Source: Promethearchaeota archaeon
Lineage (GTDB): Archaea; Asgardarchaeota; Lokiarchaeia; Sigyniarchaeales; SOKP01
Assembly: GCA_048941265.1 (NCBI GenBank)
Contig: JBHLNT010000086.1
Coordinates: 1 to 16,775, forward strand
Length of the DNA: 16,775 nt
Direction of reading: 5' to 3'
A program made the position numbers and the translations under genes. Shown here piece by piece: positions 16,329 to 16,775 of the stretch (within the stretch, counting starts at the first letter, position 1; the number at the start of each line of letters is the position of its first letter). The notes below the pieces were generated by a model. The model was given only the letters and a program-made list of their open reading frames with translations. It ran no database searches and was not told the DNA's origin.

Positions 16329-16775
16329 ATGTCAAAAAAAATTTACGTATGTAGAAACTGCGGAAATACATTCCCGGATGAGCTATCTTATCTCATTGAG
16401 AGCAAAACGAAAGTGTACTGCGAACGATGTGGAACTCCATTTTCAGTAGAGGGAATAAAATTTCAAGAGCCAAAATTAGAATTTAATGAAAAAGAAAAAA
16501 AAGCCAAAAAACCACCTGAGGATAAAACATCTTCATTAATTAGTGCCATAAAAGCCCTAAACTTAATATCATGGATTCCAATTCTTATTTTATCAATTAT
16601 ACTCCTCTTTATACCATTTCGTTTCCTTATGGGGATAGCAGGTATAGTTATTGCGCTGTATGATAAAAAATATATTTCTAAACGAATAAAAGAGAATCAT
16701 TATGATCGTATTGTTTTAGATTCTATTTGTCTTGGAATTTTAGGTTGTATAATTTTTGGAACTGGCGCCATACTT
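16329..16775 (+). CDS. Zinc-ribbon-containing membrane protein, 3'-truncated by window end (absent from ORF track)
   Basis: Manual translation, open for 149 codons: MSKKIYVCRNCGNTFPDELSYLIESKTKVYCERCGTPF..., then a Lys/Glu-rich linker and hydrophobic segments (ISWIPILILSIILLFIPF; LDSICLGILGCIIFGTGAIL). Confidence 0.85.
   Translation, partial: MSKKIYVCRNCGNTFPDELSYLIESKTKVYCERCGTPFSVEGIKFQEPKLEFNEKEKKAKKPPEDKTSSLISAIKALNLISWIPILILSIILLFIPFRFLMGIAGIVIALYDKKYISKRIKENHYDRIVLDSICLGILGCIIFGTGAIL

Overview
AT-rich archaeal window, most likely from an Asgard archaeon (Lokiarchaeia-like). This is inferred from an archaeal TFB, an Arf/Rag-type small GTPase, a degenerate-GTPase/helical-repeat giant protein and the overall gene style. 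Gene order: two-motif LAGLIDADG endonuclease-like gene (+); AMP-forming acetyl-CoA synthetase acs (-), interrupted by a 30-nt in-frame, stop-containing, hairpin-forming insertion inside the conserved YWQ|TETGG motif; divergent CoA-transferase-fold/Pat-type GNAT fusion lacking the transferase catalytic Glu; YhhN lysoplasmalogenase-family protein; PHP/HisJ-family phosphatase with one internal TAG; small GTPase; TFB; 1251-aa repeat protein; hypothetical; ECF-S-like/DUF2085 membrane fusion; alpha/beta hydrolase; partial zinc-ribbon membrane protein. The best candidate for new biology is a tiny bulge-helix-bulge-like mRNA intron in acs, next to a free-standing homing endonuclease and opposite a probable Acs-acetylating pseudoenzyme-sensor GNAT. 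All family assignments are from motif recognition by eye; no searches or folding programs were run.
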